Shown: in pieces, positions 12,737-25,399 of the stretch | Layout of the letters: every line of letters begins with the position of its first letter | Position numbering within the stretch: position 1 is the first letter of the stretch | Assembly: GCA_030704615.1 (NCBI GenBank) | Contig: CM060731.1 | Span: 23,870,001-23,934,000 of the forward strand | Source: Takakia lepidozioides | Lineage: Eukaryota > Plantae > Bryophyta | Direction: 5' to 3' | Length of the DNA: 64,000 nucleotides | The notes under the pieces: model-generated | Told to the model about the DNA's origin: nothing | Databases searched by the model: none | Seen by the model: the letters and a program-made list of their open reading frames with translations, nothing else | Position numbers and translations under genes: made by a program

Positions 12737-14796
12737 GTGGACATTTCAACAGTCTACGGCCTCATGTCTCGATCACTCAACTCAAGGGTGTAGGGTGTCC
12801 ATATTCTCCTAGCCACTGTCTACATTTATGTTCGAGTACTTCTCTTGTAGACCTTGTAAGAAGAGCTTTGTTGGGTACCTGCTGTAATTCTGCAGGGCAG
12901 ATTTGACTCGCAGTTGTTACGCACATCTCTTGTTCTTGCTCAGTGTGGGTGGATGGGAGACCCTTGTATGGGGGACTTTGAAGAGATGAGTAGCTTTCGC
13001 CACAACTTTCATAGCCTTGGTAGAAGTGGCATGACTCAGGGCAATGACGGGGAGGTTGCTGGAGTTGAAATGGAATAGCGTGAAGGTGAAGGTGGGAAGG
13101 GGCGATTCAATTTGAGAGACTATGATCAGGCTTGCTCAGTTATCATGCTTTATGCTAGCCTTTAGTGTAGTATGCCAAGTACGTTGATAACTTTGATGCA
13201 ACATTGATGTTTGATGAGCCACTTTCATTGATATCCTTTTCTAGATCTAGTTACCCATGTTGATGTTGGAACCTGGTCCCAAAGAAATTTTGATCACAAT
13301 CTTCCAGAGTCTAGTGATTATATCAAGGCCTAAGGTGGAGGAGTTCCCTCACAGGCTGGCAGGGCCTGACCTGTGTATTTTGGTTTATTCTGCTGGAGAT
13401 GTTTTTGCAGGCAACAGCTTTGGGCATCAGCCAGAGGCTGGTTATTTCCTTCACCACATCTTATCAAGCAGAGGTCGCCAGTTTGGGCTCTTTGTAGAAA
13501 GGTACTTAGCTGAGGTCTCTGCAGCTCCTTCATGAGCAATGCTGCAACTTCCACTATAAGTTTGTTGGAGGTTTGTGGAGTAACAGATTGTTTTGTGGGC
13601 TGGTTTGTTGGATTCATGGTAATGTCAACATGCATGGCCTGACCTTCTCACACGTTCAGCGTGGCTTCACATCATCGTCCATTTTCTTTCAGCAAGTCAG
13701 CTTGGCTGCAGCATTGCACAAGATGGAGCTACTTATTGAAGGTGGGGTAGGTGGCTGAGTCTTATATAACAACCTTGGTTACTCTCCTGTACATGTTGCA
13801 CAATGATATTTCACATGTTTTCCTCTACGCATATGCTACGGGATTAGAATTTCCTCTCTATCTCTACTACCCCTGAAAGTTGATCACTTTCGATACCTTT
13901 GACAGTACCACTGTCTATAATACTGCACTTGGTTTATCAACAATTGGTGACAAGGGCTAGATGGGGTCTGTATGTCTATTCAGGGACTCCTCAGTGGGGT
14001 TTTTCAAATTAGTGTTTCAAACAGTGATTTGTTTTGCTTGCAGCTAGAGAAGTAGTTTGATTCTATTGAGTAGTACAACAACAGGTTTCTTTCAGCTTGT
14101 TGTTTTTCTTTCATAATGCTAACCCGGATCTCACTCAATAAAACATGTTTGCCAGTTTGGAGCCTTCGAATGAAGCCCTTCTTTCCCAAACATATTTTCT
14201 GTACCAAGAATATCATACGAGTTGAAACCATAGTGTTTCCTCTCTCAATTCAGCGATCCATCTGTAGGCAATGTTTCTGTGCACAATGGATCCTTCAGTG
14301 TCACTTTGCAATGGTTGTTGTGTGACCATCACCTTGGCCCTTCTTTGGCCCCTGTAAACACTAGATGCACTTCGGCACATGGGTCTGAGGCAGTGCGGTT
14401 GATTGCTGACGCCCATACCAACTACGTCTTTCCAAAAACCAACAACCTGTGTGTGTTGGTCCTATGATGAAATGGCAGTTGAAATTCACAAAAGGTTTCG
14501 GTATTAGTACCTGTATACACAGTGAACACAATGTGGTGCTCGCTAGCTAGGCACTGAGTGTCGCCTGGGTAATTCTGGGATCCTGCTTGTGTGTGTGGCT
14601 TGGGATTATTTTTGTCTTCTCCCTTCCCTTGGGTGGTGGTGCATGCACGACAAGGTTAAGGAGGTCAAATTTTCCTCTCTGTGATTTCACACTTAATACC
14701 ACAAGCTTCCTGCCATTTTGGCCTTAACATTCACAGAGACACCTGCTGCACTGTTTTTTCTCAATATGAACTTAAACACTGGAAGCCAGTCACTAA

Positions 14797-15173
14797 CCAG
14801 TGTTGGGAGGTTCTTTGATTCAGCTCCAAACAACCCCACCACACACAACACCCCCCCTGCCAGCGCGAGGTTCTCAAGAAGGTTATGTGTGGATATGTAA
14901 CTGCGATTCTTACAAGAACAGAGAACTGGCAAAGGCTCGTAACCATTGGTTATGGAGTTTTCAAATAACCTGTTTGAAGATCCGCCAAAGACCCACCACT
15001 TTGATGAAAATCATCAATTATTTGAGCTTCTTACAACTAACCGGAACCGGTGATTCCTTCCATGAAAAAAAGAATGAAAAACCCGGAACTAAACTGGAGG
15101 TTCTTCGATTCTAAGATGTTGGGAAAAACTGAAACTGGAGGTTATGAAAGAAATCAAATAACCGCCAACCTCG
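14797..15173. mobile_element. Degenerate hAT-like MITE
   Basis: Left end CAGTGTTGGGAGGTTCTTTGATT is imperfectly complementary to right end AATCAAATAACCGCCAACCTCG; internal AACCGG/AACTGG subrepeats; no TSD confirmed. Confidence 0.5.
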
Positions 15174-15732
15174 CCAGGAGGGGACAAACACAGGGTCAGC
15201 AGAAGGCGGCAATAAATTGTCGGTCCTGCATCTCCAACACACACATTACCACAGCCGCCTCCTTCTTCATGCGTGGAAAATTTTCCACCGCCTCCACGGC
15301 CCTTCCTAAATTGTGAGCACTGGATCCAAATGTGAAAATTTGGGAAGTATGGAGGCGGAGGCATTTTCCTTGCCCTGCTACCTTCCAACAATCGGAGAAA
15401 AAAATAAAATAAAATTTGTTTTTTCAAAAACAATGGGAGGTACTTCCCGGGAGAGTTTACCGGCGAGTGAGATTCGTTGAATTACAAAGAAAACAAGTTG
15501 CCAGCTTTTTAGGGGTAGGTGGAACCCGGTGCGGCCAGCTGGAAAGATCCCAGCTTGAGGGCCAATGAAAAGGTGCCACAGTGGCGCTACGTGCCTCTGA
15601 GGAGGGTGCGGACACGTGGGAGAGGAGAGGAACAAGACGGTGGAGAGCTCCCTCGCTCTGCCACAATTGCATGCTGCAGCATCGCACGCTGCCTTAATCA
15701 CTGCGGGAGTTGTGCTTGTCGGATGCGATACC

Positions 15733-16083
15733 ATGGCGGATTCCAAAGAGGTTGCAAAGGAGAACCCAGAAATCGAAATCGAGAGAGAGAGTCCTCACAG
15801 CAAACAGGCAATCTACATGCATGGTCGTAACATTAAGAAGGGGGTTGAGCGATTGGACCGGCGATCTGGAACTGGCGACAGCGGGGCCATGAAGAAGTCT
15901 GGCCATGGCAGCAAGTTCACTTGGAACGGTCCTACAACCGAGGTTGAGGATTATGCAGATTCACCCCTTGTCGCTCTCGATGAGAATGATCCCAACTACG
16001 TGGACCCAGAAGAAGAGGTGGCTGACAGGAAGGTGGCGATCGGAGAAGTGGAGGTAGCTAAGGTCGCTGCACAGGCAAGCTAG
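15733..16083 (+). CDS. 116-aa single-exon protein with PDCD4/MRF-like N-terminal motif, no MA3 domain
   Basis: DRRSGTG..GAMKKSGHGSKFTW.G...LDENDPNY resembles the KKGGxGGKxxWG...DPNY segment of PDCD4/MA3 proteins; good ATG context (ccATGG). Confidence 0.8.
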   Translation: MADSKEVAKENPEIEIERESPHSKQAIYMHGRNIKKGVERLDRRSGTGDSGAMKKSGHGSKFTWNGPTTEVEDYADSPLVALDENDPNYVDPEEEVADRKVAIGEVEVAKVAAQAS

Positions 16084-17208
16084 ATAGTACTGGTTCTAGG
16101 AGGCGATATATGCAGCGGCAATCAAATTGAGAGAAACCAATTGTTACAAATGTTGTACATAGAACTAAAATTTAGGATTTTGTGCATCGGTGAGTGCACT
16201 TGGATAGTGAAGCATGGGGAGTTTCGATGGAGGGCTCAAATGCTTCCACGAGTTTTAAATCTTACATCATTTCAGCAGCACTAGTGGTGAGGGATCTTTG
16301 GTATCTGGAGCTTCTAGAGCAGATTTGTCATCACACACTTAAAGCTAATTGTATCTTCATGTACTTCAACAAGCACTGGAACACCTGATCAACTTCTGTT
16401 TTGGTTCTTACTGTTCCAGGCTTTTAGTTCTCTCAACGCTGTTATGTCATCTCTGACAGCTTTTGGAACTTAATGTACAGTTTGGCCTCACAGGGTTTGA
16501 ATGGAGGACACTAGAGCTTGGAGGTTAATGTTACATTTTAAGACCAAAACGAGAAACAGATGCAATTTTTGTATGTCTGGCTCTCAGCCCGAAGGAAATG
16601 TAGGCCTGCATTGTGATCATGCATCCAACTTTAGCGACATCAAAGGCCCTACAGAGAGATGCCCCGGAGGAGATTGCACCTGTACTGCATTGATCGTGTC
16701 TAGCACCCATCCAGTAAGCTGAGGCATTTTCGGCGACTGTAATCGGTGAGAGTAGGAGGCATGATGAATACCCCGTCTTTCTGAAACCTAACAACTGCCG
16801 AGATCGTGAAAACCCACCAGCTCGATGTTCTTTCCACTGTTGCTTGGACTTGATCTAATTGTGTGGAAGAACTATCACAGTCCGTTATCGTACCGACCAC
16901 CGTTTAGAAAGTGCCATGTTACCAGGATTTGTGCAGACGACGTTTACTGTTATCGTTTCGAAGTGCCACTATCCTGACTGATCCGGAGATGAGCGGTTAG
17001 ACCGTAGCAACCAGTGCTCCGTGTTTTTTCTGCTTGTGGGCTCGTTGCTTCGTCGCCCCGAGAGATGGATTTCAGTGTTGAGTTCCTTTCATGGTGTCTT
17101 GCTGTCATTGAACCTTCTGTCTGGAAGGCTTAAGCATGTGGAGTTGAGACCGAAATCACCGTCCACCATTCCTCTGGAGAGTTGTAGTTTCAGCCTTCAG
17201 GTTCAAAG

Positions 17209-18062
17209 ATGGTGGGAAAGGAAGAGAAGGGCAAGCCGGGGGCAAAGAAAGATTCGAAAAAAGGGGGGAAGAAAGAACCTGCAAAACCGGGGCAAAAGCT
17301 TGATGAAGAGGGAAATGTAGTAGAGCCGCTTGTTTCCGAGGAGCAGATTGCGGAATTTAAGGATGCTTTCGGTCTCTTTGACAAAGATGGCGATGGTAAT
17401 CTTCTCTTGCACTGAATTTCAGCAATTTTCCGTGGATTGTTGTTCTAGCTGAAGGAAAGGACTCGGCGCAAACTTGAGAGAACTGTTGTCCTCGACGCGT
17501 TCTGGATGCGCACGGAAATATGGGCGCTTCCAATTTCTTCACAGCTGCGAGGCACTTCAGCAAATTGATCATTGTTGCTCATTCGCCTCTCATTCAACAT
17601 GTGAACGTCAAAGGTCTTAAAGTTATTATTTTTCTTACGTTCATTCTTTAGATCCACTCAAAGGATTCCTGTATCGGAATTGATGCAGGAAGTATCACAA
17701 CCAGAGAACTGGGCACGGTGATGCGGGCCCTGGGCCAAAATCCAACACAGGCTGAGCTGCAAGACATGATCAATGAGGTGGATGCAGATGGAAACGGCAC
17801 CGTCGATTTTGCCGAGTTTTTCGATCTGATGGTGCGGAGGATGAAAGACACTGATTCTGAAGAGGAATTGAGAGAAGCCTTCGAGGTGTTTGACAGAGAA
17901 AAGACTGGATTGATCTCTGCTGCGGAGCTTCGGCATGTGATGACCGACCTCGGGGAGAAACTCACGGCTGAGGAGGTTGATGAAATGATTCGGGAGGTGA
18001 AAGTTGATGGAGACGGAATGATCAAGTACGAAGATTATGTCAAGAAGATGGTGGCCAAGTAA
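17209..18062 (+). CDS. Calmodulin-like protein, 186 aa, with 37-aa Lys-rich N-terminal extension; exons 17209-17395, 17689-18062
   Basis: Full CaM-like sequence with the canonical plant CaM intron position (phase 1 in the Gly after DKDGD). EF1/EF2 canonical, EF3/EF4 altered; 561 nt in frame. Confidence 0.92.
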
Positions 18063-18329
18063 CTGCCAGATGGTCCTTGTGAGCGGTATTTGAAAAGATG
18101 TGCCCACCCAAACACTGAACCGTGCTTTACATATTGTTAAGGACGAAAAGTGTGAGCTTTTTAGAGGTCCTCGGCAGCCGTAACCTTCAAAACCTGTGAC
18201 TCCCGACACCAAGTGTCGTGTACAAGGCTTTGAATGCTATTGAATGGCCAAGTGAGGCCAGCGTGGAATTCTGCCTCAGGAATGTCTGGTCCTTAAATGC
18301 ACAATAAGTACATTTCCACGGACTGGCTT

Positions 18330-19200
18330 TGACCTTACGCCAGTAATGTTGTAGATGGCCCATGTGTATTCTCATTACGGTGGGTGATGGTCGACCATAA
18401 AGATGCTCATCAGTTTGCATTTGTAGTCGGGTGGTGAAACAGTCACGCCTTACTTACATTGAGTGGTGAGGGGTACATATATTGCAGGTTGAACATGGTT
18501 TTGCGGCTGTGTCACTTAGACACGTTCTGATTATGTTCACATTGAGAAGATAAGCACTGCAAGGGGCTCGCCAAACCTGAATACCGATTTCATGCAAAGA
18601 CAGGCAGATGCTGCCTCCGTCCCTTACATTCACTAACAATTCCCAAGGCACACTCTGTTCTTGAACTGATGCGAATCCCTTGAATGATTTCATTCTTGGA
18701 GATCAACTTGGTGGAGTCTTCCCAAAATTATTGACTAGGTTGTGAGATGAAAGGACTCTTGCCTGACTTCAATCCTTCTCATGTGCTTTGCAGGTTGAAA
18801 ATCTCTTCACCATGACCCTGTTGAGAAGATCCTGCAATCATCGGAGTCCACGAGACCAACCTCCCGCTTTTAGGCATTTTGTTTAACACTTCACTCCCAC
18901 AGTTGCAAGACATGTTCACTACGGCAGTCCCCACTTAAAGCATCTGACTCCGCATGAAGCCGTTTGCTCCATTCGAGGGTTGCTGGTTGCTGGCCCTGGC
19001 ACACGCTTCGAGAAACGCAAGTGAATGTGACCCTGTCAGATGTCAACTGTCAACCCTTCCCCTTGCATGATGCATCTGCTCATATATTTCAAAGCCTCGT
19101 CAGCATACATGCCCTCAGCATGCTCATGAGTGAACTTGTTTGCTTCATGCCCTCTCGAACATTCCATTTGCCACCTCCACTCGTTTGCACTGCGTTCACA
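18330..19200 (-). pseudogene. Decayed PLS-class PPR gene with E-domain remnant
   Basis: Frameshifted pieces read EALKY..MQGEGL.SDRVTFT.LEACA..LEWSKRLHA ESDAL VGTAVVNMSCNCGS..LNKMP...VSWTPMIAGSSQQGHGEEIF, followed by E-like VWRAPCSAYLLNVNI. Boundaries approximate. Confidence 0.75.
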
Positions 19201-20870
19201 ATACTTCGACAAAATTTCCTTGATGCTCGGACCTTTCCCTCCTTTGCTGTTGTTTAAATCGCCCTCCTGCCCCATTTTCAACCTCAGCCCCCTGTCAACG
19301 CCCCGAATTCTGTATCCCGGCCAGTGTCAAGGGGACCAGCTTTCAACTAAATGTACTTCTCTGGGTTTTCCTCCCGTACGAACTTGAGGGACGGAAGAAG
19401 AACATATGCCCGAATTCTTCCCTGTTTCTTTCACACAATACCTACCAGCTGCCAGGTCTTCTGGCAACATCTCTTCCATATAGGCTGCCTCTTTGAAAGA
19501 AACAAGTCGGCAAGATGGTGGGACTCGAATCAGAAAATCAGTGTAGGATTTGTGGGTTTCCTTCAATGCATCCAGTATCCATCTTTGGGCTTTTCAAGGA
19601 GGATTGTGTCCGTGGGATGTGTGATATCGTTTGCAGACAAGGTCAATAGGCAGCTGCGACCTCGGATCCTGCATACCGGCAGAGGATTCGGCACCCCTTT
19701 CAATCCTGCCCTGCAGAGGATCATCCCAGCTACACTAGTGGCTAGACCTCTAGGTCAACCCAGGGCCCCCTTCTGTGGACCAAGACCAAGACCAAGACCA
19801 TCTCAAAATACAACCCACTTATCTCCGTCATACTATTGGCTTTACATTGCAGATAATGTGGGAGCGGGACGAAATTTGGTGAGGGGCACTATTTTGAAGT
19901 GCGAGAATGTGTTGCTAGGGACGCGCAATCCCGTCCGAAATTTGGCGGCCACGCTATATTGAAGATAGAGTGCCAAAAAACCCTGCTGCTGTTCATGCTC
20001 GGATTAGGTCTTCTCAAGTAGGGAGAGCGGTACCACGTTTTTGGGTACATGGCGAAGGACTGGACCATCCTACCGCGACGTTTGTTCAATTTTATGGATT
20101 TATTTATCCTTAATGTATTCTCAGTTATTTTTATTGGTTCCTCTTTAAATAAAAAAGGAGATTACACATAAGTCTCAAAAATCGTCAAGTCCATGTTGTT
20201 CCCAGGCGTCACTGGTTTGCTGAAAACTATTTTCCTAATGTGCCTTCTTGAGATAACATCTCCCTCGGGTAGCATCTTTATTATTGAACAACTTATGGAA
20301 TAATGGATGATTTTTGAAGTTTATTATGGATGAAAGTAGATTCCACTATTCACAAGGAGGAGCCATACGCGACTGGCCGCTTGTTAACGTCCATTCACTT
20401 TCCACTTTTTTTTTTTTTTTTTGGTCTATTTTTTATATATTTTTATTTTGTTGACAGTTTATTGTTTATTGTATCTTGTATTTCTCTATTGATAGGGTTG
20501 ATCCAATTGTGTCCACCTTCCACTGTAAGGCAGTAGCCTTCAAGATCAAATGACACCATAACTTACGCTCGCTTCGGCATCCATATTCTTATTTTCATGA
20601 TTGATCCGTAGACTTAAATCTATATGTTTTCATTCATTTTGATATGTTTCATATATCATCTATATTTTTGTATACTACATGGTAGGGTAATGAACTCATA
20701 CATGATTTTTTGGTTAGTTCTTTACCTTGTCCCTATTATTATGGGTATCATTGTCGGACCAGTATTATTGTTATTGCTAATGTATTATTTAGAGTATCTT
20801 CAAGAATCAGAGGCCGGGGAGGAAGTCCACCAACTCATCTCTATAAATTCTAGGAAGAAGCTACATGGGG

Positions 20871-23770
20871 TCAAACTGTAAAGTAGCCAAGGGGTAGATT
20901 AGAAACCAAGTGAAACTGGAGTGCAAGGCCCATTGCAATTCCCCCCCCCCCCCCCTGCAGTGGGGCCGGGTTGGCATTTCCTTTGTCATCAAGCACCCTT
21001 ACGGGGTACAGTGATTGCTTGTGCAAATCCGCATAGCCTGTCAGCTGCAGGTTGCCCTCACTGTCTGAAATGAACTGAATTCCAGAGGCTTGATCATTCA
21101 TAGAAAGGACCAGCATGACAATACCACCTCCGTTGGTTGTTGCAACTGTCCAAGTTGGCAAGGCCTCCAAGCCACCTCCATCTCTCAGCAGGGAAGTTAT
21201 GGAATCTGGCACGTCTGCAAGAAAAGAAGGCCATGCAGCAGCTCGTCTGGCCCCTACACTCTGTGACACTACAGCTGGAGATAGGAAACTGCCCTGCTCC
21301 CAAATATTGCCAAGATGAGTAAGACCTTTGTGCTCCCAGAAGGCCCACTTTGGTCTTTGCAGGGACATTGTTTGCGAGTTGAAAACATTGTTCCAAAACA
21401 GAGGTTGTCGCCAGGCCTCTGCAGAGTTTGCTAGTGGTCTTTGGGTAAGCTTGTCCCTAAGAGACTGCCAAGCAGCCCATATGGATTGCCATGGGCGGGG
21501 TCCCAAGTGCACGTTCACATTTTTCCCTTGAACAATCCAGCGAAGGGAATCTGCCCACATGTGGGATGAAGAGGGTTTGGCCCCCATCAAGTAAGGCTGG
21601 ATCAATTTACTCCATAGGCTGTGACGGTGCGTAATGGCCCTAGGGATCCACTTGGCTAAAAGAGCCTTGATCTGTGTAGCTGGATCCAAAATTGCAAGCC
21701 CCCCCCTTTTTTTTGGGCTGGCAGAGTTGCTCCCAAGAAAGCAAAGCTCGTCTTACCGGAGTTTACGCTATTGCGCCCCAAATAAAATTCCGGATAAGAG
21801 CTTTTATCTCTTTCACCATGGAGGTACCTGGATCCCACACTGCTGCGGAGAACCAACAAGAGGCCAGTAGAACCTGGTTTGCCACCAGTGCTCTGTTGGG
21901 ATACATTAATTCCAACCTGATGGCCTAGCAGCATGTGGGATTCTCCTTCCTGAAGCCAGCGAAGGCCAATGTCTTCCCCCCAAGCAACACAGTGAGCAGA
22001 GGAAGCCTGACTCTGCAACACCGAGAGAATGCCCACCAACTTTCTCCAATTGATTTTCAAGCCAGAGCCTAGACAGAAAATGTGCAGGGCTTGAAGTGCA
22101 TGATCAATGTTGTCCCGGGATGAATTGTCCAGTAGTAAGGAGGTATCATCATCAGACATTGACAGCTTCACCATTTCAGGCATGAAGGTAGGTAAATGAA
22201 GGCCCACAATGTCCTGTCTAGCTTCAAACAAGTGCCCAAGAGAATATGCCGCAATGAGAAAGAGGAAGGGTGCCAATGGGCACCCTTGTCTAACCGACCT
22301 AGAGATAGGGAAAGATTGGGAGATGACACCATTCACCATTACCTTACTAGAGGCGGACTGAAGAAGTATCCTTACCCAAGAGAGGAACATAACTGACCAC
22401 ATAAACCCGTTTTTTCCAATGCAGCGAGGAGGAAGGTCCAGTCAATAGAGTCAAAAGCTTTTTCAAAATCCAACATCAAGAAAGCACGACGTTGATTGTT
22501 CAGATTTGCCCGGTGAAGTGCTTCATGGGCCAACAGGATGTTATCCAAGATCATACGGTCTTTAAGAAATCCGGTCTGCTCCTTTCTGATGATCTAAGGC
22601 AGCAAGAGCTGGATTCTCAAAGCAAGCGCCTTGGCTATAATCTTGTACGTAGAGTTGAGTAGGGTGATAGGTCGGTAGTTAGTTACGTTGTCCATCTCCC
22701 CCTTTTTGTAGATCACAGTGATAAGGCCTTCTGAGATCTGAGAGGGCATCACCTGCTTTTGGAGAATGTCATTGGCCATACCCAGAAAGTCATCTCCAAG
22801 AGTTCCCCACAAAGATTTGAAAGTTCAATGGGCAGATCATCTGGACCTGGGCTTTTAAGGGATGCCAGGGCATCTACTGCCTTATCCAGCTCAGACTCAG
22901 TAAAGGGCTCAGCCAACTTGGATTTATCTGCAGCAGATAGGGCACAAGGTATATTTCTCAAGAGAGCAAGTCTTCTTGCTTCGTTTATCCCCCTTCAGCG
23001 ACCAATTTACCCTTGCCTTGACCCTAATGAACTGCTCCCTGGAATGTAACAACAAAGAGAGATTCTTCTTGGCTGTTTTATAGGAGATCATGGTTTGAGG
23101 GTCATCTCTACCTTCTTGAAGCTGGCACTGACAGACATGAAGGCATTTTGTCAATGCCCTCTCTTTTCTGGAGGCGTCTTCGGCTTTTTTCCTAGACAAT
23201 TCCTGACAGATGCCTCTCAGCTTATGCAGCTTAGATAGAAAGAGGAGAGTGGGAGAGGTGAAAGGTAGGTCAACAGAGGACCAAACTCTTTGAAGCTCTA
23301 GAACAACCTCTGGGTCTTTAAGGAGGGAGGGGTTGAGCTTAAAGAAACCCCTACAATTTGCTCTTGTCCCCGAGGTGTGTAAAGAGAGATTGACAATGGG
23401 TGGTCCAAACCAGGAGGCATTGGGACTAAAAAGGATCTGACAGTCCAATTCAACAGGTGCTCAGAGCAATAGATCATATCTAGACGAGCCAGGGAGAGAT
23501 TTGGAGGCTCCCTGTTCTTGGACCATGTAAATTTCAGCTCTCCCTCAGCTGGGGTGGTGGCATCCAACAAACCCACCACCATGCATAGAGAGTTCCATGA
23601 GTCTCTTTCAGCAATAGACACGCCATGAACGTTAGAACCGAAGTGATCTTTATCAAACTCCACCATGTTAAAATCCCCACCCACAATCCAATGTTGGATG
23701 TCACAAAGTTGAAGCATTTTCAATCTTATAATAGACCACAACTCTCACTAGAAGCATTCGTGCCATTTAC
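20871..23770 (-). mobile_element. L1-type LINE ORF2 (APE endonuclease + RT), frameshifted
   Basis: WIVGGDFNMV, ARLDMIY, KSPGPD, NYRPITLLNSTYKIIAK, LDFEKAFD, VRQGCPLAPFLF and degenerate SDDDT, spread over several frames. Confidence 0.93.
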
Positions 23771-24379
23771 CACTGGGGTAACGACTCATTTTGAGTCGGA
23801 AAAAAATCAAAAAACCGGGATCAACTGGAAGTTACAAACGACTAGTGGAAGTTGGGTCGGACATCCAATGATTGGAGTAGTAAAGGATGCAGACGCACAA
23901 ACAACTGCTCAACGATTATTGCGATTAATGCTGAAGAACCACGTGGCGTAACCAGGCGGGCCGCCCGTGTATTTGACCTTTTGGGCTGATTTTGACTTTT
24001 CCCTCCGGATGAGTGGATCGACTCACCGGAGCGCGGTGACACATGGACGCGGACGTGGACGACGATGTCGACGCTGACGTGGTGGCACCACGACGAGCAG
24101 CAATGCTGCCACATGGCCACGGCCCGGGGCGCCACGTGGTAGTCGACCACATAACTTGCAGTGCTACATGCCCAGTGGCAATTGCGATTGCGGAAGTTGG
24201 CGCAACCACTGCTTTACTACTTTAAATGAAGTGCTCGAAATTACTTGAACAATCATTCATAGTGATTCATGATTTGAAGTTTTGGTGTTTGTAGTGAGTC
24301 GACTAGTAGATACGCATGTAATGCCCTACAAGAGAACTAATCATGCATTAGAAATGCACAAACGATGAAAGACATGCCA

Positions 24380-24508
24380 TGAAACAAAATGAAATGAAAA
24401 TGAATGAAATGAAACAAAATGGTACTTTATTACATCTGCGAAAAGCTCAAAGAGCTTATGGGACAAAATGAAAAAAAACAAAGTAAAAAAGCAGCCCAAA
24501 AGCTACTG
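24380..24508 (-). repeat. Retroposon-like 3' end with (CATTT)n tail, copy 1
   Basis: Shares (GAAAT)n-GGTACTT...CTCAAAGAGCTTATGGGACAAAAT...CAGCCCAAAAGC with 41086-41205. Confidence 0.6.
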
Positions 24509-25399
24509 ATGCTCTGGGGATTGCCTAAGGGTCAAGGCCTCATGCAAGTAAGCTACCAAGCAGTTCTGATCCTCATAATGCAAGACTTCAGTAAGTTCCA
24601 CGGAATAGACCATCTACCCATGGAGGTTTCTTGCAGTTCTTGATCCACACGGAATCATAGGTAATCTTGTGCTTGAAATTTGGCCCTCTAGGATGAATCT
24701 GGACCCACAGTCTATCCCTGCTCCTTCAGCTATCCATGCCCCTGCACAAATCATGCATTCATCCTTGTCTTGCTGCTAAGAGCTAACAATGACAGCCTAG
24801 ATTTGTTCAGCTAGGAATCACCAACTCAGCTTATCACACTAGTTCCTATGCTCAATTGCGTCTGCTACTCTCTGAAATGTAGCAGGCATTCACCTTTTTG
24901 TCTCGGTTGTCCCATCATTGACTGGGGGCAGAAAAGTATTCATTCCACAACTTCACCTCATGTTTGTTACTTGTTTTTTGATACTTTCATGTTGTCACAT
25001 AGCAGTATCATGTCAAAGTCACTCCAAACTAGATTCACCCAACCAGCTAACTTGCAGAATTCAACATGGAAATTTAGGGCCGATTCTGATAAGAGGGAAA
25101 AACAGGGTGAAATGTGCTGAAGAAGATGCCTTCATTAACAATGTCTGATTTTATCAATTGTGCCGTTGCTGCCAGTTGACCATCTACCCATATAATGTTG
25201 AATTCTCAAAAATAGCTAATTAGGAATTGCTAAAATTGTATATAGATGTTTTCATTTGGACGTACGAAAATATGAGAGGAATTCTAGCATAACTATGTCA
25301 ACATTGGATTTCGATTATACTGAAGCATGACAATACATGATGAAAATCCAATCTATGTACTAAGAGTGAAAGAGGACTTGGACAACTTGCCAAAGACAA

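Noticed and set aside
18187-18693. Ty3 RT-like words in minus-strand ORFs
   Set aside because: No catalytic motif; better explained as the tail of the PPR relic.
20624-20881. Hydrophobic 85-aa ORF
   Set aside because: T-rich sequence next to a LINE end naturally gives such ORFs; no motif support.
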